A stretch of DNA of 64,000 bases from Candidatus Magasanikbacteria bacterium GW2011_GWC2_37_14. Its GTDB lineage: Bacteria > Patescibacteriota > Patescibacteriia > Magasanikbacterales > UBA922. The translations under genes were made by a program, and so were the position numbers. Positions 9,789 through 18,477 of the stretch are shown piece by piece. The stretch lies in the NCBI GenBank assembly GCA_000990355.1, contig LBSX01000005.1:4584-68583 (forward strand), read 5' to 3'. How positions within the stretch are numbered: position 1 is the stretch's first letter; each line of letters opens with the position of its first letter. Below the pieces are notes generated by a model. That model saw only the letters and a program-made list of their open reading frames with translations. It did not search any database and was not told where the DNA came from.

Positions 9789-9860
9789 GCGTCCATAGCT
9801 CAGCGGTAGAGCACCACCCTTATAAGGTGGCCGTCGATGGTTCAAATCCATCTGGACGCA
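9789..9860 (+). tRNA. tRNA with anticodon UAU (putative tRNA-Ile, AUA-decoding)
   Basis: 72-nt cloverleaf folded by hand: 7-bp acceptor GCGTCCA/TGGACGC, anticodon stem CCACC/GGTGG, loop CTTATAA, T-loop TTCAAAT; no encoded CCA. Confidence 0.75.
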
Positions 9861-9868
9861 CATCTTTC

Positions 9869-9940
9869 GCTCTCGTCGTTCAATGGATAGGACGCCAGCC
9901 TCCGAAGTTGGTGATGCGCGTTCGATTCGCGCCGAGAGCA
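9869..9940 (+). tRNA. tRNA-Arg (anticodon CCG)
   Basis: 72-nt cloverleaf: acceptor GCTCTCG/CGAGAGC, anticodon loop CTCCGAA, T-arm GCGCG-TTCGATT-CGCGC. Confidence 0.75.
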
Positions 9941-9999
9941 CAACTAAAGTTCTCCGCCTATGGCGGAAATTCCTGTCGGGGGTACTAATAGAAATTATT

Positions 10000-11025
10000 A
10001 TGATAAGTAAAAATAAAAAAATTATTATAAAAGATTTAGATAGCAAAATTCGTTTGGATGTTTTTTTGACTGAAAAACTAAAATTAACTCGTTCTAAAAT
10101 TCAAAAATTGATTGAGCAAAAATTAATTTTGTTAAACAAAGAATTACCTAAAAAAACTGGTACCATGATTTTGAATGGTGATGAGATTGAAATTATTAAA
10201 CCAGTAATTGTTAAAAAAATTATAACCAATAAAATAGAAAAAAATTTGAAAACAGAAATTGCTAATTTGCCAATTGAAATTGTCGCCGAAACTAGTGATT
10301 ATTTGGTGTTAAATAAACCAGCTGGTATATTGGTCCATCCAACCGAAGCCGGAGAAGAAAATACATTGGTAAATTGGTTGCTAACAAAGTATCCCAAAAT
10401 AAAAAAAGTTGGTGACTCCCACTCCCCCCACACCCCCTCTCGGGCAGAGGGGAAAAACATAAGACCTGGTATTGTTCATCGTTTGGATAAAGAAGCTTCG
10501 GGATTATTGGTAATTGCCAAAACTCAGGCTATGTTTGAACATTTAAAAAAACAATTTCAAAATAGAGAGATAAATAAGGAATATTTAGTTTTGGTACATG
10601 GTACAGTACAAAAAAATTATGATCAAATTGATTTTGAAATAGATCGTGGTCATGATGGTAAAATGGTGGCTCGGCCCAAAACTGATAAATTTAAAGTAAA
10701 GAATGTAGAAAAAATTCAAGAAGGCAAAGAGGCTTTGACCGAGTTTGTAATAGAAAAGAATTATGTTCGTTATACTTTGCTTCGTGTAAAAATTTTTACT
10801 GGTCGTACCAATCAAATTCGGGTACATATGATGGCTTACAGTCACCCAGTAGTTGGTGATAAATTATATTTTAATAAAAGATTAAATAGAAAACGAGATA
10901 CAGAATTAAACAGAGTATTTTTGCATGCTGTAAAGCTTGGTTTTACTGATTTAAATGGTTATGAGCAAACTTTTACAAGTAAATTGCCCAAAGAATTGGA
11001 AAGTTTTTTAAAAGACTTAAATTAA
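10000..11025 (+). CDS. RluA/RluD-family 23S rRNA pseudouridine synthase (S4 domain + PUS)
   Basis: LDVFLTEKL...SKIQKLI S4 motif, HRLDKEASGLLVIAKT catalytic motif; track ORF start 9883 lies inside tRNA, so start set at MISKNK; in-frame insertion at 10417-10452. Confidence 0.85.
   Translation: MISKNKKIIIKDLDSKIRLDVFLTEKLKLTRSKIQKLIEQKLILLNKELPKKTGTMILNGDEIEIIKPVIVKKIITNKIEKNLKTEIANLPIEIVAETSDYLVLNKPAGILVHPTEAGEENTLVNWLLTKYPKIKKVGDSHSPHTPSRAEGKNIRPGIVHRLDKEASGLLVIAKTQAMFEHLKKQFQNREINKEYLVLVHGTVQKNYDQIDFEIDRGHDGKMVARPKTDKFKVKNVEKIQEGKEALTEFVIEKNYVRYTLLRVKIFTGRTNQIRVHMMAYSHPVVGDKLYFNKRLNRKRDTELNRVFLHAVKLGFTDLNGYEQTFTSKLPKELESFLKDLN
10417..10452 (+). repeat. GC-rich palindromic mini-element inserted in frame (encodes DSHSPHTPSRAEGK)
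   Basis: TCCCACTCCCCCCACACCCCCTCTCGGGCAGAGGGG; same family as 8081. Confidence 0.7.
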
Positions 11026-11026
11026 T

Positions 11027-11620
11027 ATGTCTAAAAAAATTTTGGTAATTGCTGGCCCCACTGGTTCTGGAGAAAGTACAGTTACTAGAGAATTAATAAA
11101 AAGATATCCTATTTTTACGAGGTTGGTTACTGCTACCACTCGTGAACCACGTCTCAATGAAAAAGATGGACAAGATTATTATTTTTTTTCTGAAGAAGAA
11201 TTTAAAAAAGAAGTGACAATTGGCAATATTATTGAACATACTTTTGTAACTGGTCGGGCTGTATATTATGGCACTTATAAACCGGATTTAGAACAAAAAC
11301 TTAATGCTGGTTTTAATATTATTGTTAATCCAGATGTGGTTGGGGCCAGGTATTACAAAAAAAATTATGAGGCTACTACTATTTTTATTAAAACCGAATC
11401 AATTAGTGTTTTGGAAAAGCGTCTTAAGGGACGGGATCCCAACATTAGTGAAGTGGAGTTAAAAAGGCGTTTAGAGGCGGCTAAATATGAATTGGATAAT
11501 GAAGAGAGTTTTTATGATTATGTATTGGTAAATAAAGATAATAAATTAGAGGAAGTTTTGACTGAAATTGTAGAAATTTTGCAAAAAGAAGGTTATATTT
11601 TAGCCCTCCCCCCTAGGTAG
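11027..11620 (+). CDS. gmk: guanylate kinase
   Basis: GPTGSGEST P-loop, TTREPR motif. Confidence 0.9.
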   Translation: MSKKILVIAGPTGSGESTVTRELIKRYPIFTRLVTATTREPRLNEKDGQDYYFFSEEEFKKEVTIGNIIEHTFVTGRAVYYGTYKPDLEQKLNAGFNIIVNPDVVGARYYKKNYEATTIFIKTESISVLEKRLKGRDPNISEVELKRRLEAAKYELDNEESFYDYVLVNKDNKLEEVLTEIVEILQKEGYILALPPR

Positions 11621-11731
11621 ATAGGAAAAATTTAGGCTCTTGACTTTTTTTGGGTTTTATAGTAACATAACGTCACTTTATGTATAACTGACGTTGGCAT
11701 TCTAGACCAACCTCTCATTAACAATATTAAT

Positions 11732-12166
11732 ATGAATGAAGATAATAGAACAAATTTAGCTCCTGGCATGATTATTAAAGTCCACCAGAAGATTAAAGAA
11801 ACCAATACCAAAGGTGAAGAAAAAGAACGTATTCAGGTTTTTGAAGGTATGGTAATTGCGGTAAAACATGGTAAAGAACCAGGTGCTACTGTAACCGTAA
11901 GAAAGATCTCCAATAGTGTAGGTGTAGAGAAAATTTTCCCTATTCATTCGCCAGTGGTTGAAAAAATCGAAGTAGTGCGCCAAGTAAAGGTGCGCCAGGC
12001 TCGCCCTTACTATTTGCGTGACTATAAAAAGAAATTAAAAGAAATTAAAGGTAATAAAGTAGAAAAGGTAGACAACGAAATATTAAAGAACAAAAAAGAA
12101 ATTGAACCAGTAGACATTTTGCCAGAAGTAATAGAAGAAAAAGTAGTAGAAGAAACTAAAGAATAA
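11732..12166 (+). CDS. rplS: 50S ribosomal protein L19 with C-terminal K/E-rich extension
   Basis: [12 protein letters not shown]...[29 protein letters not shown] matches L19 core. Confidence 0.9.
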   Translation: MNEDNRTNLAPGMIIKVHQKIKETNTKGEEKERIQVFEGMVIAVKHGKEPGATVTVRKISNSVGVEKIFPIHSPVVEKIEVVRQVKVRQARPYYLRDYKKKLKEIKGNKVEKVDNEILKNKKEIEPVDILPEVIEEKVVEETKE

Positions 12167-12170
12167 AATA

Positions 12171-12195
12171 AAAGCCGCGTTCATCGCGGCTTTTA
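12171..12195 (+). terminator. rho-independent terminator after rplS
   Basis: AAAGCCGCG-TTCAT-CGCGGCTTTT. Confidence 0.6.
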
Positions 12196-12214
12196 AAATC
12201 TCTGGATTTGTGAT

Positions 12215-12285
12215 AATCTGGGTGGGTAAGGAGGAGAGAGAGGTGGCTTCCGCCCAAGGCGGACCAGCCTCGGGCTGGGAGTGGT
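12215..12285. repeat. GC-rich mini-hairpin cluster (CCGCCCAAGGCGG, CCAGCCTCGGGCTGG)
   Basis: GC-rich island in AT-rich spacer, same style as hairpin arrays at 12641, 48336, 57627. Confidence 0.4.
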
Positions 12286-12302
12286 TATATTAATAATTTG
12301 GT

Positions 12303-12545
12303 ATGCATTACGTTTACATTTTGAAAAGTGTAAAAAGTGGAAAATTGTATAAGGGTTTTACTAATGATTTAAAAAGAAGAATAAAAGAACATAATTTAGG
12401 TAATAGCGAATTTACATCCAATAATGGTCCTTGGAAGTTGGTGTATTATGAGGCTTTTTTGTCAAAAAAGGACGCGCAACAAGAAGAAATTTTTCTAAAA
12501 ACAGGTAAGGGGAGAGAAAGAATAAAATATTTACTAACAATATAA
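12303..12545 (+). CDS. GIY-YIG nuclease family protein
   Basis: HYVYILKSVKSGKLYKGFTNDLKRRIKEHN GIY-YIG motif. Confidence 0.8.
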   Translation: MHYVYILKSVKSGKLYKGFTNDLKRRIKEHNLGNSEFTSNNGPWKLVYYEAFLSKKDAQQEEIFLKTGKGRERIKYLLTI

Positions 12546-12550
12546 ATAAT

Positions 12551-12637
12551 GGAGGCGTGGCTGAGTGGTCGAAAGCACCGCATTCGAAACGCGGCAGACC
12601 TTTACCGGTCTCAGGGGTTCAAATCCTCTCGCCTCCG
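12551..12637 (+). tRNA. tRNA-Ser (anticodon CGA), class II with long variable arm
   Basis: acceptor GGAGGCG/CGCCTCC, anticodon loop TTCGAAA, long variable arm CAGACCTTTACCGGTCTCAGG, T-loop TTCAAAT. Confidence 0.75.
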
Positions 12638-12640
12638 CAT

Positions 12641-12690
12641 GGGTTCCCCGAGATAAACTCGGGGTCCCGGGTTAATCCCGGGATAAATCC
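12641..12690. repeat. GC-rich hairpin modules CCCCGAGATAAACTCGGGG and CCCGGGTTAATCCCGGG
   Basis: first module nearly identical to CCCCGAGTATACGGGG in the 57627-57790 array. Confidence 0.5.
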
Positions 12691-12709
12691 CGCCCTTTCC
12701 TCATAATAT

Positions 12710-12980
12710 ATGTCCATAAAAATCACCTATTTTGTACATGGTACAACAACCGACAACGAAAAAGGCCTGGCGACTGGCTGGGAGCAGGGAGAGTTGTCGG
12801 CTTTGGGGATTGAACAATCCAAAAAATTATCAAAACAAACATATTGCCATTGTGGCTCATCAAGCTCCGCAACTAGCCTTAGATGTAATTTTGAGTGGTA
12901 AAACCTGGGAACAGGCAATTGACGAAGATTGGCGAAAGCAGAAAGCCTGGCAACCAGGGTGGGGTTATATTATTGAATAA
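12710..12980 (+). pseudogene. histidine phosphatase (phosphoglycerate mutase-like) family remnant, frameshifted and internally deleted
   Basis: N-terminal ITYFVHGTTTDNEKGLATGW...LGIEQ in one frame and HIAIVAHQAPQLALDVIL C-terminal motif in another frame; combined only about 90 aa versus about 200 for intact family. Confidence 0.45.
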
Positions 12981-13732
12981 TGCTAAATTTTATGAACATC
13001 ATAAAAACTAAAAGTTTTGAACTTGCTGTAAATATAAAAGGTGATCCAAGTTCCACAAAACTGGCAATTTTAATTCCGGGTAGATTGGATACCAAAGATT
13101 ATTGTAACTTTGTTAGTCATGCTAATTATTTAGTCAGTAAAAGTTTTTTTGTTGTGGCGTTTGATCCACCAGGTACATGGGATAGCCCAGGGGGAATTGA
13201 TATTTATTCCACGACAAATTATATTATAGCGGTTAATGAATTAATTGAATATTTTGGTAATAAATCAACATTATTATTGGGACACAGTCGGGGGGCAGCG
13301 ACCGCTATTCTTGCTGGTGCACCCAATCCAAATGTCATTGGTATAGTTTCTATAATAGCAAACTACGGCAAACCAACTCCTCTGGATCAAGAGTCTTTAC
13401 AAAAGGGTTTTAAGATTTCTTATCGAGATCTTCCCCCAGGAAATTCCCCAACGAAAAAACAAAAAGAATTTTTATTACCTATTAGTTATTGGGAGGATGG
13501 GAAAAATTACGATGCTGGTGATTCTTTAAAAAAATGTTCAAAACCAAAACTACTAGTTTATGGGTCGAAAGATGAGTTTACTACTGTTGAGGAGGTAGAA
13601 AAATTGTATACACTAATTCCTGAACCAAAAATGTTAAAATTAGTTGATTCCACACATGATTATCGTTATTTTCCAGAAGCCATTGAAGAAATTAATTTAG
13701 TGATTGGCAAATTTCTTGATTCAGCAATCTAA
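12980..13732 (+). CDS. alpha/beta hydrolase fold protein
   Basis: GHSRG nucleophile elbow, 250 aa. Confidence 0.65.
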   Translation: MLNFMNIIKTKSFELAVNIKGDPSSTKLAILIPGRLDTKDYCNFVSHANYLVSKSFFVVAFDPPGTWDSPGGIDIYSTTNYIIAVNELIEYFGNKSTLLLGHSRGAATAILAGAPNPNVIGIVSIIANYGKPTPLDQESLQKGFKISYRDLPPGNSPTKKQKEFLLPISYWEDGKNYDAGDSLKKCSKPKLLVYGSKDEFTTVEEVEKLYTLIPEPKMLKLVDSTHDYRYFPEAIEEINLVIGKFLDSAI

Positions 13733-13761
13733 ATATTTTTAAAACAGTTTAAAATAATTTT

Positions 13762-14364
13762 ATGCCAGAAGAAAAAAGCCCAGCCTCCGCTAAAGCTACG
13801 GCGGGTAAAGAAAATTTATATACAGCCAGTGAAATGAAGAAAGTTTTGCAAAATGCCGAAATGGCTTTGTGGTTAGATAGTTATAATAATATCTTTTCTG
13901 ATTTTGACCCCCGACCTTTTGCCGAACGAGCTTTGTCCGATGATTTTATATTGGAAATGAAAAAAGTCGCTCGCGATCGCGGTAAAGATAGTTATGAATT
14001 AAAATTTTTATTAGCCCCAGAAACAAGAAATCACCATCAGGAAGAAGTTATTAAAGAACGTTTACATCATTTTTTTATTGAACAACACCATCAATATATT
14101 AAGGAACGAAAAGGGATAATTGCTCGTGGTTTTTTGTTTGTTATTTTGGGTGTAGTTTTTATGTCAGTTGCTTCATTTTTGTTGACCTTTTTTGCTAATG
14201 AAAAATTTTTATTTAATTTTCTCGTTATACTTTTAGAGCCAGCTGGCTGGTTTTTGTTTTGGGAAGGTTTGTCACACGCTATGTATAAATCAGAGCAAGT
14301 AAATCCAGAAATAAAATTTTATCATAAAATGGCACATAGTAAGATTGAATTTATTTCGTATTAA
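13762..14364 (+). CDS. hypothetical membrane protein (two C-terminal TM helices)
   Basis: ORF with hydrophobic segments GFLFVILGVVFMSVASFLL and FLVILLEPAGWFLFW; no recognised family. Confidence 0.4.
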   Translation: MPEEKSPASAKATAGKENLYTASEMKKVLQNAEMALWLDSYNNIFSDFDPRPFAERALSDDFILEMKKVARDRGKDSYELKFLLAPETRNHHQEEVIKERLHHFFIEQHHQYIKERKGIIARGFLFVILGVVFMSVASFLLTFFANEKFLFNFLVILLEPAGWFLFWEGLSHAMYKSEQVNPEIKFYHKMAHSKIEFISY

Positions 14365-14368
14365 TTAT

Positions 14369-15118
14369 ATGAAAATTAGATTTTTAGGTACCAACGGTTG
14401 GTACGATGACAAAAGTCATAATACTATTAGCACTTTGATTGATGTTAAAGATTGCTATCTTATTTTAGATGCTGGCTATGGAATTACCAAATCAATTAAG
14501 TATCTTAAAAAAGATAAACCAATTTATTTATTTCTTAGTCATTTACATTTAGATCATATTGTAGGTCTGCATGCACTCCCTCTTTTTCATGATAAAAATG
14601 TTACAATTTATTTACCAGTGGGCATGAAAAGATATTATGATATTTTAGTTAGAGCTCCTTTTACTGGCTTAGGTGATAAGTTTAAGATAAAAGAATTGAA
14701 GCCAGGCGTATATAAATCACCGGTAAATTTTGAATGTTTATTTCTACAGCACACTGTTCCTACACTTGGTTTTAGATTTAATCTGGAAGGAAAAGTAATT
14801 ACTTATTGTTGTGACACGACGGTTTGCAAAAATGATCTATTGTTGGCAAAAAATGCAGATGTTTTAATTCATGAATGTTCAAACAAAGTTGGAACTTCTG
14901 GTGGTTGGGGGCATTCTAACCCGGTTGATGTAGGAAAATTAGCTGTGAGAGCCAAAGTAAAACGGCTATTTTTAACACATTTTGCTCCTAATGTGTACAA
15001 GAAATTTTCTGATAGAAAATGGGCGGAGAAACAAACAAAAAAATATTTTTTAAATACTAAAATTGCTTCTGAAAATGAAGTTATAAGTTTGCCATCAACC
15101 AAAAATAATTATTTATAA
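14369..15118 (+). CDS. MBL-fold metallo-hydrolase (RNase Z/beta-lactamase superfamily)
   Basis: LSHLHLDHIVGL HxHxDH motif; start set at MKIRFLGTNG. Confidence 0.75.
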   Translation: MKIRFLGTNGWYDDKSHNTISTLIDVKDCYLILDAGYGITKSIKYLKKDKPIYLFLSHLHLDHIVGLHALPLFHDKNVTIYLPVGMKRYYDILVRAPFTGLGDKFKIKELKPGVYKSPVNFECLFLQHTVPTLGFRFNLEGKVITYCCDTTVCKNDLLLAKNADVLIHECSNKVGTSGGWGHSNPVDVGKLAVRAKVKRLFLTHFAPNVYKKFSDRKWAEKQTKKYFLNTKIASENEVISLPSTKNNYL

Positions 15119-15360
15119 ACTATTTTTTGAATAAAAAGTGTTAGCCAAAGACTGGCAGTAAAAAAACCTAGTAAAGCGGAAAATTTTAAAGAAAGTGTTA
15201 AATAAACAATTGACATTACATACATGCCAATAGAATTTGGTAGTGAGGTAGAAATGACAATAGATCCTTTTTTATTTTTAAATCCGTAGTAAACTTGTGG
15301 TATCAAAGCAAAAACAAACATTATACTGATAATTGTGATAATTATATCTTGCCAAAGCAT
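15109..15360 (-). CDS. SemiSWEET-like PQ-loop sugar transporter (83 aa, 3 TM)
   Basis: ALIPQVYYGFKNKKGS PQ-loop in TM1 followed by basic patch, size and topology of bacterial SemiSWEETs. Confidence 0.45.
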   Translation of the reverse strand: MLWQDIIITIISIMFVFALIPQVYYGFKNKKGSIVISTSLPNSIGMYVMSIVYLTLSLKFSALLGFFTASLWLTLFIQKIVYK

Positions 15361-15392
15361 AAAAAATAGCTTAATAATATATTAATTATAGC

Positions 15393-16643
15393 ATGTTAAG
15401 AGTAAAAATAGAAAAGCTGGTATTTGGTGGGCAAGCTTTGGGTCGAGTAGATGACAAAGCTGTTTTTGTATGGAATGCTTTGCCTGGTGAAGAAGTAGAA
15501 GTGGAATTAAAAAAAAATAAACATAATTTTGCCGAAGGTGTAGTCAAAGAAATTATTACTCGCTCTCCCGACCGTTTGGAACCACGCGAAAATCATTTTT
15601 TGTCTTGTAGTCCTTGGCAAATAATGAGTTTTGCTACAGAAAATAAATGGAAAGTGGAGATGTCAATTGAGACATATCAAAAGTTTGCTGGTTTAACAGT
15701 TACTGATTTAGAAATTGTTAGTGATGGGGTAGAGTATGGATATAGAAATAAAATGGAGTATAGTTTTACAGAAGAAAATAGTGTAATTAGTCTGGCTTTT
15801 TTTGAACGTAATGGCAAAAAACATTTAGCCATTCCCAAATGTGAATTGGCCAGTGAAGCAATAAATAAAGTGGCTTTGGAACTTTTAGCTTGGGTAAATG
15901 AAAATAAAATTTCGCTTCGTAGTTTAAAAACAATGATTATCCGTTCGAATCAAAAAGGTGAAGTTTTGGCTGGGTTGTTTATAAAAGATCGTTTAGAATT
16001 TAATGATTATCCAAAGTTAACAAATAATTTAGTTGGCTTAACTATCTATTACTCTACTCATAAAAGTCCGGCTTCGGTGCCAACCGCGGTTTTATACAAA
16101 ATTGGTCAGGACTATTTAGAAGAAGATTTGTTTGGTGTAAAACTTCGTTATGGTTTGTTTAGTTTTTTTCAAATTAATGTGCCAATTTTTAAACAAGCTT
16201 TAGCCGAGATTAAAAATCACCTAAGCAACAATGATAAAGTAGTGGATTATTATTCTGGGGTAGGGGCAATTGGTTTGCCTGTTGGGGCAAAAGAGCTAGT
16301 AGAAAGCAATCCGGAAGCAGTGGAATTTGCCAAAATAAATATTGAGTTAAATAAAATCAAAGCCGAAGCAATTTGTGCTCCATCGGAAAAAATGGTGGAG
16401 TTAATTACTGCAGAAAAAACTATTATTTTTGATCCACCTAGGGCTGGGTTGGATAAAAGGGTAGTTGATCAAGTTTTAAATAAATTACCCAAGAAAATTA
16501 TTTATTTATCTTGTGACATTGCTACTCAAGCACGAGATTTAGGATTATTAAAAGAAGCTTACGAAATTAAATTTTTAAAATTATATAATTTCTTTCCACG
16601 CACAGCTCATATTGAAGGGCTTTGTGTTTTAGAAAAAAAATAA
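15393..16643 (+). CDS. RNA (uracil-C5)-methyltransferase, TrmA/RlmD family (TRAM + class I SAM MTase)
   Basis: N-terminal TRAM-like barrel (VEKLVFGGQALGR), C-terminal DPPRAGL motif IV. Confidence 0.7.
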   Translation: MLRVKIEKLVFGGQALGRVDDKAVFVWNALPGEEVEVELKKNKHNFAEGVVKEIITRSPDRLEPRENHFLSCSPWQIMSFATENKWKVEMSIETYQKFAGLTVTDLEIVSDGVEYGYRNKMEYSFTEENSVISLAFFERNGKKHLAIPKCELASEAINKVALELLAWVNENKISLRSLKTMIIRSNQKGEVLAGLFIKDRLEFNDYPKLTNNLVGLTIYYSTHKSPASVPTAVLYKIGQDYLEEDLFGVKLRYGLFSFFQINVPIFKQALAEIKNHLSNNDKVVDYYSGVGAIGLPVGAKELVESNPEAVEFAKINIELNKIKAEAICAPSEKMVELITAEKTIIFDPPRAGLDKRVVDQVLNKLPKKIIYLSCDIATQARDLGLLKEAYEIKFLKLYNFFPRTAHIEGLCVLEKK

Positions 16644-16644
16644 T

Positions 16645-17847
16645 ATGAATAAAACAGGCATTGTTTTAAAACCAGGTCGTGATAAAGCCATAAAAAATAA
16701 ACATCATTGGATTTTTTCCGGAGCAGTTTCATATATTTCCGAATTTAGTAATGGTGAAATTTTGCCAGTTTATAATTCTACTGGAGAATTACTAGGCCAT
16801 GCTTATTGCAACAAGAATACTTCTATTTTGGGAAGAATGATTAGTTTTGGCAATACTGATCCAGTCAAAGAATTAGAAAAAAATTTGGAAAGCGCGATTG
16901 CGATGCGTAAAAGTTTGTTTAATGAAAAAATAACTAATTGTTATCGTCTGGTTAATTCCGAGGGTGACAATATTCCGGGTTTAATTATAGATAAATATGC
17001 TGGTGTTTTGGTAATTCAAAGTGCGACAGCGGGTATTGATTTATTAAAACCACAAATTGTAGAATTTTTAGTAAAAAAATTAAAACCCGTGGCAATTTAT
17101 GAAAAATCCGATTTATCATCTCGCCGTGAAGAAGGTTTGACTATGAGCGAAGGTTTGGTATATGGTAAAGAAGTAAAGAATGTAGAAGTAATTGAAAATG
17201 GTTTAAAGTTTGTAGTGGATTTGGTGAATAGCCAAAAAACTGGTTTTTTTCTTGATCAGCGGGAAATGCGGGTTTGGGCAGGCGAATTAGCCAAAAACAA
17301 ATCTGTGCTTAATTGTTTTGCCTATACTGGAGGTTTTTCTTTGTATGCCGTTCAAGGCGGGGCTAAACAGGTAGACACAGTAGATATTTCTAGTGAAGCA
17401 ATACAGAGAGCCGAGGAAAATTTTAAATTAAATGGTTTTCTCCCGCCTCCCCCTACCCCCTCCTCGGGCATGAGGGGGCAATTTGGATTTATTACGGCTG
17501 ACATTTTTGAATTTTTACGAGCTGAAAAATTAAATTATGATTTAATTATTTTGGATCCGCCAGCTTTTGCTAAAAAGAAAACCGATGTTATCAAAGCTTG
17601 TCGAGGCTACAAAGATATTAATCGCTTGGCACTACAAAAAATGCCAGCTGGTAGTATTTTAATCACTTCTTCTTGTTCTTATCATGTAGACGAAAAACTC
17701 TTCCAAACTGTAGTTTTTCAAGCTGCGGTAGAAGCAAACAGAAAGGTCCGGATAATTGGTCGTCATCATTTAGCACCCGACCACCCAATAAATATCTTTC
17801 ATCCCGAGGGGGAATATTTAAAAAGTTTGGTTTTGTACATAGAGTAA
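16645..17847 (+). CDS. rlmI: 23S rRNA (cytosine-C5)-methyltransferase RlmI-like (PUA + SAM MTase)
   Basis: LNCFAYTGGFS motif I, ILDPPAFAKKK motif IV; in-frame insertion at 17441-17478. Confidence 0.8.
   Translation: MNKTGIVLKPGRDKAIKNKHHWIFSGAVSYISEFSNGEILPVYNSTGELLGHAYCNKNTSILGRMISFGNTDPVKELEKNLESAIAMRKSLFNEKITNCYRLVNSEGDNIPGLIIDKYAGVLVIQSATAGIDLLKPQIVEFLVKKLKPVAIYEKSDLSSRREEGLTMSEGLVYGKEVKNVEVIENGLKFVVDLVNSQKTGFFLDQREMRVWAGELAKNKSVLNCFAYTGGFSLYAVQGGAKQVDTVDISSEAIQRAEENFKLNGFLPPPPTPSSGMRGQFGFITADIFEFLRAEKLNYDLIILDPPAFAKKKTDVIKACRGYKDINRLALQKMPAGSILITSSCSYHVDEKLFQTVVFQAAVEANRKVRIIGRHHLAPDHPINIFHPEGEYLKSLVLYIE
17441..17478 (+). repeat. GC-rich palindromic mini-element inserted in frame (encodes LPPPPTPSSGMRGQ)
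   Basis: TCCCGCCTCCCCCTACCCCCTCCTCGGGCATGAGGGGG. Confidence 0.7.
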
Positions 17848-17880
17848 TTTTGTAAGAAAAAGGCTATAATATCGTCATAT

Positions 17881-18402
17881 ATGTTGAAAGTGCAAAACAG
17901 CTTTATGGAAAAGGAATTTTTGGCAGTTTATGATAAACACGCCGACGCGGTTTTTCGCTTTTGCTACCTGCGTTTGTTTGAGCGTGAATTGGCCAAGGAT
18001 TTTATGCAACAAGCGTTCCTTAAAACTTGGGAGTATCTTGGTAAAAATAGTAATAAAGAAATAGATAATTTAAAAGCTTTTGTTTTTAAAGTGGCTCGGA
18101 ATTTAATTATTGATTATAGCCGGGCAAAAAAAGAAAATCTTTCGGTAGAGACAATGCTTGAAAATGGTAATGATTTAATGGCCAAAGCTGAAGATTTAAA
18201 TTTAAAAATTGATTTACAAGAAGTTAAAAAAGTTTTAAATAATTTAGAAGAAATGTATAGTGAAGTTTTAAATTTGAGATATATAGAAGGATTTCGTCCA
18301 AAAGAAATAGCGTTAATTTTAAATGAATCAGAAGATGTGGTATCGGTAAGAATACATCGGGGATTAAAAAAGATGAAAGAAATAATTAAAGAAATTGATT
18401 AA
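17881..18402 (+). CDS. ECF (sigma-70 family group 4) RNA polymerase sigma factor
   Basis: region 2 (FKVARNLIIDYSR) and region 4 (LRYIEGFRPKEIALILNESEDVV). Confidence 0.85.
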   Translation: MLKVQNSFMEKEFLAVYDKHADAVFRFCYLRLFERELAKDFMQQAFLKTWEYLGKNSNKEIDNLKAFVFKVARNLIIDYSRAKKENLSVETMLENGNDLMAKAEDLNLKIDLQEVKKVLNNLEEMYSEVLNLRYIEGFRPKEIALILNESEDVVSVRIHRGLKKMKEIIKEID

Positions 18403-18477
18403 ATTAATTTTCTTGCTGCGGGTTCGCTCCGCTAGGTCCTCGCTACAAAAATAAATTTAATCAATTTCTGCAACAAT

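Noticed and set aside
11640-11731. Possible ribosomal-protein leader/attenuator before rplS (TTGACT…, ACGTCA…TGACGT hairpin)
   Set aside because: Promoter spacing is ambiguous and no known L19 leader motif was recognised. Left unannotated.
12215-12285. GC-rich spacer considered as a small structured ncRNA (for example an SRP RNA)
   Set aside because: No SRP domain IV or other ncRNA consensus recognisable. The composition matches the dispersed GC-rich mini-hairpin repeats.
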